Assembly (NCBI GenBank): GCA_025061115.1 | Contig: JANZKC010000002.1 | Coordinates: 96,001-160,000 of the forward strand | Length of the DNA: 64,000 bases | From: Candidatus Culexmicrobium cathedralense | GTDB taxonomy: Archaea; Thermoproteota; Methanomethylicia; Culexarchaeales; Culexmicrobiaceae | Direction of reading: 5' to 3' | Part shown: piece by piece, positions 48,533-58,700 of the stretch | How positions within the stretch are numbered: position 1 is the stretch's first letter | Layout of the letters: every line of letters begins with the position of its first letter | Position numbers and translations under genes: made by a program | The notes under the pieces: model-generated | Told to the model about the DNA's origin: nothing | Database searches by the model: none | What the model saw: the letters and a program-made list of their open reading frames with translations, nothing else

Positions 48533-51352
48533 ATGAATGCATTCGACATATTGTGCGACAAGTTGAGAACAGCACTATCCAAATACGGATATGTAAAGCC
48601 AACAGAAACTCAGGAGAAGAGCATTCCAATCATACTTTTAAATAAGAATGTACTTCTAATTGCGCCAACAGGTTCAGGAAAAACCGAAGCAGCGCTATTC
48701 CCAATTATGAGCAAAATAATTGAAGAGAACCTAAAAGGCGGCATAAGAGCACTATACATCACTCCGCTTAGAGCTCTTAATAGAGATGTGTTTAGGAGAA
48801 TGTCCGAAATTGCAAGCGAAGTTGGAGTTAAATTAGATGTAAGACATGGAGACACGCCGCAGAGAATTAGGAAAATGCAAGCGCTAAAACCTCCTCAAAT
48901 TCTAATAACCACACCTGAAACGCTCCAAGCAATACTTCCAGGCAGAATTATGAGGGAGCACTTGAAGAACGTCAGGTGGGTCGTAGTTGACGAAATCCAC
49001 GAACTAGCCTCAGACAAGCGCGGCGCGCAGCTTTCGCTTGCCCTCGAAAGACTCCGAGAACTAGTAGGTAAGGAATTTCAGAGAATAGGATTATCAGCAA
49101 CTGTAGGCAGCCCAAGAAAAGTAGCTGCGTTTCTAGCTGGATCGAAGAGAGAAATTGAAGTAGTAAACGTCTTAACCCGCAAGCAATTCCAAATAATCGT
49201 TGACGTAGTTGAAGAAAAAAGTGACGATGAAAAGTTAGCTCATGAACTGGAAGCTCCAAAGCAGGTTGCTTCCAAGCTAAAGTACATCATTGAATTAGCT
49301 GGCAAGTATAACTCAATCCTAGTATTCACTAACACTAGGGAGATGGCTGAAGCTTTAGCTTCAAGGCTTAGAATGCTTAAACCTCCATTCGAAATTAGAG
49401 TGCATCACGGCTCACTATCCAAGGAGGAGAGGGTTGAAGCTGAAGAAAAGTTCAAGAAAGGCGAAGTAAAAATCCTAGTTTGCACTTCATCACTCGAGTT
49501 AGGCTTAGATATTGGATTAGTTGATTTCGTAATACAATACATGTCTCCGAGGCAAGCAACCAATCTACTTCAAAGAGTGGGAAGAGCTGGACATAAGCTC
49601 TGGGAAGTATCAAATGGATTAATTCTCGCCTCAAATGCTGATGACATCTTGGAGTCGGCAGTGCTAGCTAAAAGAGCCATAAATAGAGAATTAGAGGAAA
49701 TTGAAATTCACGAAAACGCTCTGGACGTGTTAGCTCACCAGCTAGTAGGCCTCCTCCTCGATAGGAGAGTAATCGAACTCAACTATGCACTCAAAGTCTT
49801 CCGCCGAGCATATCCCTACAGGAAGCTGACGATAAGTTACCTTCAAAGCGTAGCTTCCCTACTAGCCGAAATTGGAATTATAAGATATGAAGCAGTAGGC
49901 GATGGAATTATAAGAATTAAGAGGGGAAGGACATGGAAGTACTACTACGAGAACCTATCAGTAATACCAGATGTCAAGAGATTCACCGTAATTGACGTAG
50001 CGTCTAGAAAGCCTGTGGGCACGCTGGATGAGGAATTCATAGCAATTCATGGCAGGGAAAATGAGCCATTCATACTTGCAGGTAGAACGTGGAAGATAGT
50101 TAAGATATCCGAGGAAGATCTGAAAGTTTTCGTTGAACAATATGAAGACGAGCTTGGAGCAATACCAGCATGGATTGGCGAGCTAATTCCAGTTCCATTT
50201 GAAGTTGCACTTGAAGTAGGAAGAATTAGAGAACTAATAGCAAGTGGAAAAATAGCGGCTCAAAACTACCCATTAACCAAGAGAGCTTTGAGAAAAGCCG
50301 CAAGAGAGTTGAAGGAACACGTAGCGTGCGGAGTTCCACTTCCAACCGACAAAGTAATGGTCATCGAGGGGCTAGGCAACATAATAGTTGTACACGCCTG
50401 CCTCGGAACTAAAGCCAACAGGACGCTGGCAAGGCTACTGGCACATGAAATTTCAAAAAGATTAAGAGCAAGCATCAGATTGGTAAGCGACGCATACAGA
50501 ATCATGCTAATGCTTCCAAAGCCAGTTAATGCCGAGTCAATAAAGAAATTGATAATTGAACTGCCAAAGGCAACTGAAGAACTTGCCGAAGCAGTAAAGG
50601 CCAGCGACGTTTATAAGTGGAAGCTATATCACGTCGCGAAAAGATTCGGCATAATATCGAGGGAAGCCCCACTCAGCAAAATAGGTAGAGCCCTCCCCCT
50701 ACTAGAAGGCACGGCAGCAGATGTAGAAGCAATGAGAGAAGCATTACAAGACTACTTCAATATTAAAGCCTTAAAACGCTACTTTGAGAAAATAGCAAGA
50801 GGAGAAGTTAAAATTGAAGTTTACAGCGGATCAATAAAGGAAGGAGTATCCACGCTCGCATACCAAATACTAAGCTCAACACTTCCATACGACCTAATGC
50901 CCCCTAAAAAGGCTCTTGCAACCCTAGCTGAAGTAATGAAGGCAAGACTACTAGAAAAGGAGGTCATGCTAATTTGCCTACACTGCGCAGATTGGCAAAC
51001 AATTAGGAAAATCAAGTATATACCTAGCGAAATTAGATGTCCAAAATGCGGAGCTAAAGCAGTAGGTATAGCTCATCCAAGCCAAAGGAACCTGATAAAG
51101 ATAATTAGAAGGTGGAAGAAGGGATTAAAGCTCAAGTATCGCGAAATGGATGAAATTGAGAAGTTCAGAAGGACAGTGGGGCTAATAATGACTTATGGAA
51201 AGAAGGCAATAATAGCAATGTCCGCTAGGGGAATAGGCCCAACAGTTGCGGCTAGAATATTGAGGAAGTACCATGAGGATGAGGAGGACTTCTACCTAGA
51301 TATACTTGAAGCTGAAAAACAGTACATAAGAACAAGGCCGTACTGGGAGTAA
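48533..51352 (+). CDS. lhr: Lhr-family ATP-dependent helicase with C-terminal Zn finger
   Basis: APTGSGKTEAA, VRHGDT, DEIH, HHGSLS, SSLELGLDIG and QRVGRAGH motifs; CLHC...CPKC. Confidence 0.95.
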   Translation: MNAFDILCDKLRTALSKYGYVKPTETQEKSIPIILLNKNVLLIAPTGSGKTEAALFPIMSKIIEENLKGGIRALYITPLRALNRDVFRRMSEIASEVGVKLDVRHGDTPQRIRKMQALKPPQILITTPETLQAILPGRIMREHLKNVRWVVVDEIHELASDKRGAQLSLALERLRELVGKEFQRIGLSATVGSPRKVAAFLAGSKREIEVVNVLTRKQFQIIVDVVEEKSDDEKLAHELEAPKQVASKLKYIIELAGKYNSILVFTNTREMAEALASRLRMLKPPFEIRVHHGSLSKEERVEAEEKFKKGEVKILVCTSSLELGLDIGLVDFVIQYMSPRQATNLLQRVGRAGHKLWEVSNGLILASNADDILESAVLAKRAINRELEEIEIHENALDVLAHQLVGLLLDRRVIELNYALKVFRRAYPYRKLTISYLQSVASLLAEIGIIRYEAVGDGIIRIKRGRTWKYYYENLSVIPDVKRFTVIDVASRKPVGTLDEEFIAIHGRENEPFILAGRTWKIVKISEEDLKVFVEQYEDELGAIPAWIGELIPVPFEVALEVGRIRELIASGKIAAQNYPLTKRALRKAARELKEHVACGVPLPTDKVMVIEGLGNIIVVHACLGTKANRTLARLLAHEISKRLRASIRLVSDAYRIMLMLPKPVNAESIKKLIIELPKATEELAEAVKASDVYKWKLYHVAKRFGIISREAPLSKIGRALPLLEGTAADVEAMREALQDYFNIKALKRYFEKIARGEVKIEVYSGSIKEGVSTLAYQILSSTLPYDLMPPKKALATLAEVMKARLLEKEVMLICLHCADWQTIRKIKYIPSEIRCPKCGAKAVGIAHPSQRNLIKIIRRWKKGLKLKYREMDEIEKFRRTVGLIMTYGKKAIIAMSARGIGPTVAARILRKYHEDEEDFYLDILEAEKQYIRTRPYWE

Positions 51353-51394
51353 TATAAATTACAACGCCAAATCACTAATAGTTGAGGGGCAAGC

Positions 51395-51916
51395 ATGATA
51401 ATACCTGGATTAGAGCTCATCAAACTCAAAGTCATCAACAACCTGATTTCGGAGAAGCATCAAATTCAGCCAGCAGGAGTCGAACTAACATTAAAAGATG
51501 TAGAGGAATTCGAAGATGCAGGCTACATAGACTTAACAAATGCCAAGAGAAAAGTTTCAACCTGCAGAAAGCTGAGCTTCGATGAAGAGGGCAAAATCCA
51601 CTTGAGCCAAGGAGCATACAAGGTTCGCTTCAACGAAGTTATATGCGTCCCAGAAGACATGGTTGGAATCGGACTGCCCAGATCCTCACTCCTAAGAAGC
51701 GGAGCCACAATCCTATCAGCAGTGTGGGATCCAGGATATAAAGGTAGAAGCGAAAGCTTGCTAGTAGTATTCAACCCTAAGGGAATAATTCTCGAAAGAA
51801 ACGCTAGGCTAATGCAAATGATATTCATAAAGCTCTCAAGAAGACCGCACAAACTATACTCTGGAATTTATTTAGGAGAAAATGTTGAGGAGAAAAAAAT
51901 TAGAAGCCTATCTTAG
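51395..51916 (+). CDS. dUTP diphosphatase / dCTP deaminase family
   Basis: QIQPAGVELT, PRSSLLR, WDPGYKG and YSGIY motifs. Confidence 0.88.
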   Translation: MIIPGLELIKLKVINNLISEKHQIQPAGVELTLKDVEEFEDAGYIDLTNAKRKVSTCRKLSFDEEGKIHLSQGAYKVRFNEVICVPEDMVGIGLPRSSLLRSGATILSAVWDPGYKGRSESLLVVFNPKGIILERNARLMQMIFIKLSRRPHKLYSGIYLGENVEEKKIRSLS

Positions 51917-52517
51917 GATACACTACCTCCCTCAACCGCCTCTCTATTTCACCACGCATCTTCTCGTAGAAGTTCTCACCAGTCGAGTCAATCGTGACCA
52001 TTAGGGGCCCAAACTCCTCAACCTCAATGACCCACATTGCTTCGGGCACGCCCAAGTCAAGCCACTTCACATCGACGACCCGCTTCATAGCTCTACTAGC
52101 AAGCACAGCAGCACCACCAGTAAATATGGCATAGACAGCTCCAAACTTCTTGCACGCCTCAGCAGTTCTAGAGCCCATTCCACCCTTACCAATAACCATT
52201 CTAACCCCAGTTTTCTCAATGAAGTCAGCTTCATAAGCCTCCAGCCTAGCACTGGTCGTAGGGCCGGCTGCAACAATCTCCCACTCGCCATCCCTCTTCC
52301 TAACAACTGGGCCGCAGTGATAAACCGCCAAACCCCTCAAATCCACAGGTAAACTTTCACCTCTTTCAAGGAGAGCCAACGCCCTCGAATGCCCAGAATC
52401 CCTAGCAGTGACAATTATCCCAGATAAGTAGACTATATCTCCAACTCTAAGCTTCCTAACCTCACTTTCGCTAATTGGAGTTTTCAAGTGATATTCAGTC
52501 AATCTCCTCACCTCCAC
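51900..52517 (-). CDS. Fumarate/tartrate hydro-lyase (class I, Fe-S) beta subunit
   Basis: TARDSGH, YHCGP, GPTTSAR, IGKGGMG and LGVPEA motifs. Confidence 0.92.
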   Translation of the reverse strand: MEVRRLTEYHLKTPISESEVRKLRVGDIVYLSGIIVTARDSGHSRALALLERGESLPVDLRGLAVYHCGPVVRKRDGEWEIVAAGPTTSARLEAYEADFIEKTGVRMVIGKGGMGSRTAEACKKFGAVYAIFTGGAAVLASRAMKRVVDVKWLDLGVPEAMWVIEVEEFGPLMVTIDSTGENFYEKMRGEIERRLREVVYPKIGF

Positions 52518-53425
52518 AACTCATTTAAAATTCTATGAGTTATGAACTCAACACTTCCATCGGCGTAAATCTTCATCTTCGACCTCCTAGCAGCCCAGCA
52601 GTTGAACGCTAAACCAGCAGCAAAAGTTGCAGGATGCCTACATGCATAGTCAACATTAACAGTTAAAGCAGTGGTTTTACCTCCAACTCCATGAGGCCCA
52701 ATGCCCAGGGAGTTTACAAGCTCCAACAACTCCTCCTCAAGCTTGGCAATCTCAGGAATTTCACTACGCACACCCACAGGCCTAAGCAGCGCCTTCTTAG
52801 CAAGCTTCATTGCAATGTCAATTGTCCCACCAATTCCAAGCCCAATTAAAACTGGCGGGCAAGGCTTAGCTGCAGCTTGAGCCACAGCATCTACAACAAA
52901 CTTCTTAACGTACTTGATGCCCTGAGCAGGCGAGAAAACCTTAGCAGCACATGGAGCTTCACTACCGCCACCCTTTGGAAAGGCAGTAATCTCCAAAACA
53001 TCGCTGTCGGGAATTACTTCCCATTCAATCCATGGAATATAGCGGCCAGTATTATCTCCACTATTCCGCTTAGTAATGATGTCAACTGCATTTGGCCTGA
53101 GAGGAACTTCACTTGTAGCTTTGACAACTGCTCCCTTCAGAATTTCTGGAAGCTTACCTTTAATTGGAAACTTATCTCCAACAGATATGTAGAATATGAT
53201 GAGGCCGGTGTCCTGGCATATGGGCTTCCCTTCTTTCTCAGCTAATTCGCAGTTCTTCAGAATAGCTTCGAACTGAGCTTTTGCAAGTGGATTGTTCTCA
53301 GCCTCCTTGGCTCTAATTAGCGCATTCTTCACATCTGGAGGCAAAATGGTCGTTGCAGCCTTCAACAGCATTATCGAAGCTCTCTCTATGACCTGATGCA
53401 GGTCAGAGGACATGGAAAACACCAC
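52508..53425 (-). CDS. Fumarate/tartrate hydro-lyase (class I, Fe-S) alpha subunit
   Basis: PICQDTG, PKGGGSE, PCPP and NCWAARR motifs. Confidence 0.92.
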   Translation of the reverse strand: MVFSMSSDLHQVIERASIMLLKAATTILPPDVKNALIRAKEAENNPLAKAQFEAILKNCELAEKEGKPICQDTGLIIFYISVGDKFPIKGKLPEILKGAVVKATSEVPLRPNAVDIITKRNSGDNTGRYIPWIEWEVIPDSDVLEITAFPKGGGSEAPCAAKVFSPAQGIKYVKKFVVDAVAQAAAKPCPPVLIGLGIGGTIDIAMKLAKKALLRPVGVRSEIPEIAKLEEELLELVNSLGIGPHGVGGKTTALTVNVDYACRHPATFAAGLAFNCWAARRSKMKIYADGSVEFITHRILNELWR

Positions 53426-53456
53426 TATGAAGTTACAAGCTTGTAACTAGATAAAA

Positions 53457-53918
53457 TTACTGGTTAGATGAATGTGCGCCTCGCTTGACCTCATGCACCC
53501 AATACTCCCCGCTATCCGTCACTTCCTTCTTCCATATTGGAGCCTCGGACTTAACTTTATTGATTATCTCTTGAACAGCGTTAAGGCCTTCAGCCCTGTG
53601 CTTAGCTGCAACACCGACAATAAGAGTCTCCTCTCCAACCCCAATTTCGCCCAAAGCATGATGAACATATGCTGCAAAAACATTTTCACCATCAACTACG
53701 CTTTTACAGATCTCCTTAATTTTCTCGACTGCCAAGCCGCCGTAAGACTCGTAATGCAAGCATCGGACTCTCCCTCCCCTCAAACCCTCCTCCCGCACAA
53801 ACCCAATAAATAGCAGTACACAGCCAACATTTCTTGAAGAAGACTTCAGCTTATGCACAATTTCACCTAAATCCTCCCTGCACTTACCTCCAACGCTAAC
53901 CTCGATCAAATCCATCAC
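53457..53918 (-). CDS. moaE: Molybdopterin synthase catalytic subunit
   Basis: FIGFVR, LHYESY, HRAE and KSEAPIWKKE motifs. Confidence 0.9.
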   Translation of the reverse strand: MMDLIEVSVGGKCREDLGEIVHKLKSSSRNVGCVLLFIGFVREEGLRGGRVRCLHYESYGGLAVEKIKEICKSVVDGENVFAAYVHHALGEIGVGEETLIVGVAAKHRAEGLNAVQEIINKVKSEAPIWKKEVTDSGEYWVHEVKRGAHSSNQ

Positions 53919-53980
53919 CCAGCCTACACGTAAGATTTAAAGTTACTTCCAAATTTAAATGGCGTTGGAGCCTGAGGCAA

Positions 53981-54436
53981 ATGAGAAGAGGGCACAACTA
54001 CGTGGGCTGGAGAGAAGCCAAGAGATGGAGATGCGTAAGATGTGGACGATGCTGCAAAGCATATGCCGTTCCACTCAAGTTCGTAGAGGCACTCCAACTG
54101 ACAAGGAAGTATGGTCCAGTGGCAATCCAAGCAGGGGGAAAGTACTACTTAATGAAGAAGCCAGACGACTCATGCATATTCCTAACTTATAATGGGCCGG
54201 TAGCTTACTGCAAAATTTACCTTGAAAGGCCTGGATGCTGCAAATTATACCCATTTCACGTAGCTAGGAAACCATTGCAAGGCATTGATCCATCAAGCTC
54301 AGAGGTTAAAATTGGAGGAAAAGTAATTCACGTCTACGTAGATGCCTCATGCCCAGGAGTTGGAGTAGGTTTTCAAATTAAAAATTTAATTCCTAAAGTT
54401 GTAGAGTTGTGGTCCAGATATAACAGAATGATTTAA
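53981..54436 (+). CDS. YkgJ-family cysteine cluster protein
   Basis: CVRCGRCC, CIFL and CKIYLERPGCCKLYPF motifs. Confidence 0.88.
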   Translation: MRRGHNYVGWREAKRWRCVRCGRCCKAYAVPLKFVEALQLTRKYGPVAIQAGGKYYLMKKPDDSCIFLTYNGPVAYCKIYLERPGCCKLYPFHVARKPLQGIDPSSSEVKIGGKVIHVYVDASCPGVGVGFQIKNLIPKVVELWSRYNRMI

Positions 54437-55032
54437 ACCCTCCTGGTAAAGCATTCCAAAAATCGCTGCATAAATGATGGCTTCAACATCACCTTTAAAG
54501 AGCTAATTAACTTGTCAACTTCAATTTTGCTCTCAATCTTAGCTATAACTTCAGCGGCATTTAAATCTCCATATACAGCTAAGCTATAAGCGTATTTTCC
54601 CAGTGAAACACTACACCTAAATGAATTCGCATCTCCACCCATTATGAAACCGCTGCACTTGAAGCGCTTCACCACTCTACCAATTCGAGAAACATCCCCA
54701 CTCGACAAGCCGTCAATTCTCATAATTAAATTGCATAACAATGCGCCTTCGAGAACTGCATTTAGCAGCTTTCTAACATCATCCAAGCTCTTAACATTAG
54801 TAAACATGAATTGGGAAATAACTCTATTCAAGGAATAATCTGCAATAATCCTTAGGCCAGAAATTTCGCCCTGCCTAAACCTAACCAAATTTCCACTTTC
54901 ACCAATGAAGCTCCAGCTCCTCCTTAGATTAGCTTTAAACTCATCCTCATAATACTTCAAGTCCGACCTATCGAAACCATGAAAGCACTTAACTCTACCC
55001 GAAAACTCAAGAATGCCCAAGTAGCTCACCAC
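54433..55032 (-). CDS. Hypothetical protein
   Basis: 199-aa ORF filling the gap between neighbours; no recognised motif. Confidence 0.6.
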   Translation of the reverse strand: MVSYLGILEFSGRVKCFHGFDRSDLKYYEDEFKANLRRSWSFIGESGNLVRFRQGEISGLRIIADYSLNRVISQFMFTNVKSLDDVRKLLNAVLEGALLCNLIMRIDGLSSGDVSRIGRVVKRFKCSGFIMGGDANSFRCSVSLGKYAYSLAVYGDLNAAEVIAKIESKIEVDKLISSLKVMLKPSFMQRFLECFTRRV

Positions 55033-55159
55033 GCTCTATTAGGAGGAGCACAAGAAAAATATTGCTAGCCCACAAATTATCAAGTTTTAGAGAATATCAC
55101 AAAACAAACATAAACTTGTAAAACACTTATTACGACAGGAACGGCTGAGGCGCATAAGA

Positions 55160-56743
55160 GTGGAGTGGAAGAAATTAGCAGAGGAAAAGGAAGAAGGAAA
55201 TGTAGAGTACAAGTTGAAGATAGTTAGTCCAGATGAGGACAGGCTTGAAAGATTAGCCACTCAAATGCGATATAGACTTCGTGAAGGTGGAGGAGAAGCA
55301 ATCTACGAGCTGGGAGTATCGGATGACGGCCGCCTCATAGGCCTAAGCGATTACGAGCTCAAAGAATCTTTAAAGTGGCTAAGAAAGGCGGCAAAGAAAA
55401 TTGGAGCAAAAATAACCATATTAAGGGAAGGTAGAGGTAGAAGGGGAAAGGTCGTAGAACTGCTAGTCCGAATGGTTAGAGAGGACTTCCCAATATACGT
55501 AATGGTGCCAGTTCTCGGAAATGTCGACAGCGGCAAATCCACAACAATTGGAGTTCTCTGCTCAGGAGAACTGGATAATGGAAGCGGCTCTGCCAGAAGC
55601 AAGGTCATGAGGTTCCTCCACGAACTCAAAACGGGAAGAACCTCCTCAATATCAAGCCACCTCCTGGGATTCAATGAAAAAGGAGAAGTAGTAAACTACG
55701 ACTTAGCCTCACCATTAAATGAAGCCGAAGTATTCCTAAACAGCTCCAAAGTCATATGCTTCGTAGATCTAGGAGGACATGAAAGGTACTTGAGGACAAC
55801 TTTAAAGGGAGTTACGGGCAGAGCTCCAGACTACATCATGCTCTGCATAGCTGCCAACGCAGGGCTCATAGGAACTGCAAAGGAGCATTTGGGAATAGCA
55901 ACAGTACTTCGAATACCAGTCTTCATAGTTATAACTAAAATCGATATGGCACCAAGCGAAGTAACTGAAAGAGTCCTAAGCGAAGTTCAATACTTACTCA
56001 AAAGACCGGGAATAAGCAAAATACCGATAGTGGTTAATGAAATTGACGATGCAATTGTAGCAGCGAGAAACATGCCGAGCGGCAGAATTACGCCGATATT
56101 CCTAGTTTCAAATACAACAGGCGAAGGCTTGGATATGCTGAAAACCTTTCTAAACATATTGCCTCCAAGACTAAGGTGGGATGAAAAGCTGAATGAGCCA
56201 TTTAAAATGTATGTTGAAGAGAAATTTAACGTAAAGGGAGTCGGAACAGTCGTCAGCGGACTAGTACTTCAAGGTGAAGTAGAAGTTGACGACTACCTAC
56301 AGCTAGGGCCATTCAGAGATGGAAGCTTTAGACTAGTAAGAGTAAGATCAATTCACATTAATCGAGTCAATGTAGACAAGGCACATGCAGGTCAGGAAGC
56401 CTGCCTAGCTTTAAAAAACGTCGAATATGAAGAAGTGGAAAAGGGAATGTGCATTCTAGATAAAAGCATAGCTCCAAGAGCAATCAAGTCATTTAAAGCT
56501 AAAGTAACCATACTACACCACCCAACAACCATAAAAAGAGGATATCAAGCAGTCCTCCACCTATACACCATTAGGCAAGCAGTCAAATTCGCATGGCTCT
56601 CCAAGGAACCACTAAGAACTGGAGACACAGCGCATGTAGAGCTGGAATTCTGCTACAAGCCAGAGTACATATCTAGCGGAGATTGGTTCGTTTTTAGAGA
56701 GGGTAGAACAAGGGGCTTTGGAGTTGTTCTCGAAACAGCCTAG
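55160..56743 (+). CDS. GTPBP1/GTPBP2-family translational GTPase
   Basis: EGNVEYKLK N-domain; GNVDSGKST, GRTSS, DLGGHERY and TKID motifs; EF-Tu-like domains II/III. Confidence 0.92.
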   Translation: MEWKKLAEEKEEGNVEYKLKIVSPDEDRLERLATQMRYRLREGGGEAIYELGVSDDGRLIGLSDYELKESLKWLRKAAKKIGAKITILREGRGRRGKVVELLVRMVREDFPIYVMVPVLGNVDSGKSTTIGVLCSGELDNGSGSARSKVMRFLHELKTGRTSSISSHLLGFNEKGEVVNYDLASPLNEAEVFLNSSKVICFVDLGGHERYLRTTLKGVTGRAPDYIMLCIAANAGLIGTAKEHLGIATVLRIPVFIVITKIDMAPSEVTERVLSEVQYLLKRPGISKIPIVVNEIDDAIVAARNMPSGRITPIFLVSNTTGEGLDMLKTFLNILPPRLRWDEKLNEPFKMYVEEKFNVKGVGTVVSGLVLQGEVEVDDYLQLGPFRDGSFRLVRVRSIHINRVNVDKAHAGQEACLALKNVEYEEVEKGMCILDKSIAPRAIKSFKAKVTILHHPTTIKRGYQAVLHLYTIRQAVKFAWLSKEPLRTGDTAHVELEFCYKPEYISSGDWFVFREGRTRGFGVVLETA

Positions 56744-57516
56744 CCCTCCAGCCAAGCCAAATCCCTGAAAAACTTAGCTGCCTCAGCAGGCTTCTCCGCA
56801 TTAAATATCGATCTTCCAATAATGAAATACTTAGAGCCAGCCTTAAGGCATGGCTCAATTCTGCCCCCCTGCACTCCCACTCCAGGAGAGAATATTGGAA
56901 CCTTATTCCTCAGCACCTCAGCTACAGCCTTAACTTTTTCAGGATAAGTTGCCCCAACCACAGCCCCATCAGCACCCCACCTCACAGCCCTCTCAGCAAA
57001 AATGACGTACAGAGGCTTATCTAAACCACTTTCAGGATCCCTTACTAGAAGCTCATAACTTTCAGGAGCAGCTTTATGAGAAGTGTACACTAGAAGAATC
57101 ACGCCTCTCCCTCCATACTCCTTCGCAACTTCAAATACTGGCTGAGCACCCTGCTCCCACCCAATAATAGGATTAATGATTATTGCATCGAAGCCAGCTT
57201 CAAAATAGTGCCTTGTAGCCCAAGCATTAGTATGCCCCACATCGCTGAGCTTGCAGTCAATAATTACAGGTAAACCCAAACTGTGAGCTTCATCAACAAC
57301 CTCCTTAACGCCAAAGTATAGACCTAAAGGCAGTAGGAGCTGCATGTTGATCTTAACGGCACAGATGTATTGGTTAACTTCACGTAAAACCTTTAGAGCT
57401 CGCTTCTTCAAAGCCTCCCGACCCAAATCCTTTGGCAAAGCCGACAAATCCAAAGCCAAAACTATTCTGCTCTTCCTTTCCTCAGAGGCCTTTTCAATTA
57501 AATACCTAAATGCCAA
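56740..57516 (-). CDS. pyrF: Orotidine 5'-phosphate decarboxylase
   Basis: LALD, DCKLSDVGHT, VVGAT, SPGVGVQGG and IIGRSI motifs. Confidence 0.93.
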   Translation of the reverse strand: MAFRYLIEKASEERKSRIVLALDLSALPKDLGREALKKRALKVLREVNQYICAVKINMQLLLPLGLYFGVKEVVDEAHSLGLPVIIDCKLSDVGHTNAWATRHYFEAGFDAIIINPIIGWEQGAQPVFEVAKEYGGRGVILLVYTSHKAAPESYELLVRDPESGLDKPLYVIFAERAVRWGADGAVVGATYPEKVKAVAEVLRNKVPIFSPGVGVQGGRIEPCLKAGSKYFIIGRSIFNAEKPAEAAKFFRDLAWLEG

Positions 57517-57734
57517 TTAAACCACCCCATCACTCCCATAATCACTGAACAAATAGCTATTTATAATTAACCATAAAGCACAGAATCCAACGTAAAAATG
57601 AAAACATGTTAAATGCACTTAATAGCCTAAAACGAACCAAATTAATCACTACAAAAATCAAATTCAAACACATTCCAAGCCTGCTCATAAGCAAATTAGG
57701 TAAAGTTTAAGGCTGAGATTCCCACAAATAGTTT

Positions 57735-57797
57735 GGGCGATGAAGAAGGCTGGTATTTCCAAGAAGCTCAATGAAGAGTGACACCAAAGCTGAGCCC
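57735..57797 (+). ncRNA. Box C/D guide sRNA
   Basis: Terminal stem GGGC/GCCC; box C ATGAAGA (57740), degenerate D' AAGA, C' ATGAAGA (57771), box D CTGA (57790); 12-14 nt guides; TTTAAG TATA-like element about 25 bp upstream. Confidence 0.8.
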
Positions 57798-57889
57798 GCA
57801 TCCATTACTCTAAAACTGATCGAATGTATTCGCTTAATTTTTAAATGCCAATTTAAAGAGTTGTGTCCAGCACTCTTGGAGGATTAAAT

Positions 57890-58564
57890 ATGATAAGCGT
57901 GACAATTAGCGATGAAGTTAAAGCTGAATTCAAAGAATTAAGCCTCGGCATCGCAATAGTAGAGGACGTAAAGGTAAAAACTAAATGTGAGGATCTATCA
58001 GCTAAAATTAAGGAAATTGAAGATAAAGTTAGAAGTAACTTTAGGCTTGAAGACCTAAAGGACCTACCCATCATAAGGGCCTATAGGGATTTTTATTGGA
58101 AAATCAAGATAGACCCAACCAAGCAAAGACCTTCAGCGGAAGCTTTAATCAGGAGAATTTTGCGCGGCAGAAGCATACCGAAAATAAACTGCGCTGTCGA
58201 CGCCTACAACTTAATTTCAATTTTAACCCACATTTCAATTGGAGCTTACGATCTGGATAAAATTGCCGGCCCATTAACCCTAAGGTGGTCCAGGGATGAA
58301 GAAAAGTTTAAGGGCATAGGTGAAGAAGAGAAACAAATAAAGAGGCAGCTAGTCATCGCAGATTCTGAAAAAATAATCAACCTATACCCGCACAGAGACT
58401 CCGACTTCACCAAGATAACTAAGGAAACTAAGCGAATACTTATCATAGCATGTGGCGCTCCAAGAATACCATCAAACCTAGTTTTGGAAGCAGCTGAAAA
58501 GGCTGCTAAAAGCATAGTCGAGTTCTGCGGAGGAAAAATCGTAAAATGCTGGCTCGTCAAATAA
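57890..58564 (+). CDS. B3/4 domain protein (PheRS beta editing-like, stand-alone)
   Basis: AYRDFYW...DPTKQRPSAEALIRR, IN.AVDAYN, YDLDK and RDS motifs. Confidence 0.9.
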   Translation: MISVTISDEVKAEFKELSLGIAIVEDVKVKTKCEDLSAKIKEIEDKVRSNFRLEDLKDLPIIRAYRDFYWKIKIDPTKQRPSAEALIRRILRGRSIPKINCAVDAYNLISILTHISIGAYDLDKIAGPLTLRWSRDEEKFKGIGEEEKQIKRQLVIADSEKIINLYPHRDSDFTKITKETKRILIIACGAPRIPSNLVLEAAEKAAKSIVEFCGGKIVKCWLVK

Positions 58565-58700
58565 AGCCCACTTAAAAACACCAATATGCAATTTGATAGT
58601 GCAGGAAACTTGAAATCATATGGTTAATTTTCACTTGAAGATTCTAAGAGATCAATTTAATTACCCATATAACAATTTATGTTATAGGCTGGTGGCTGAT

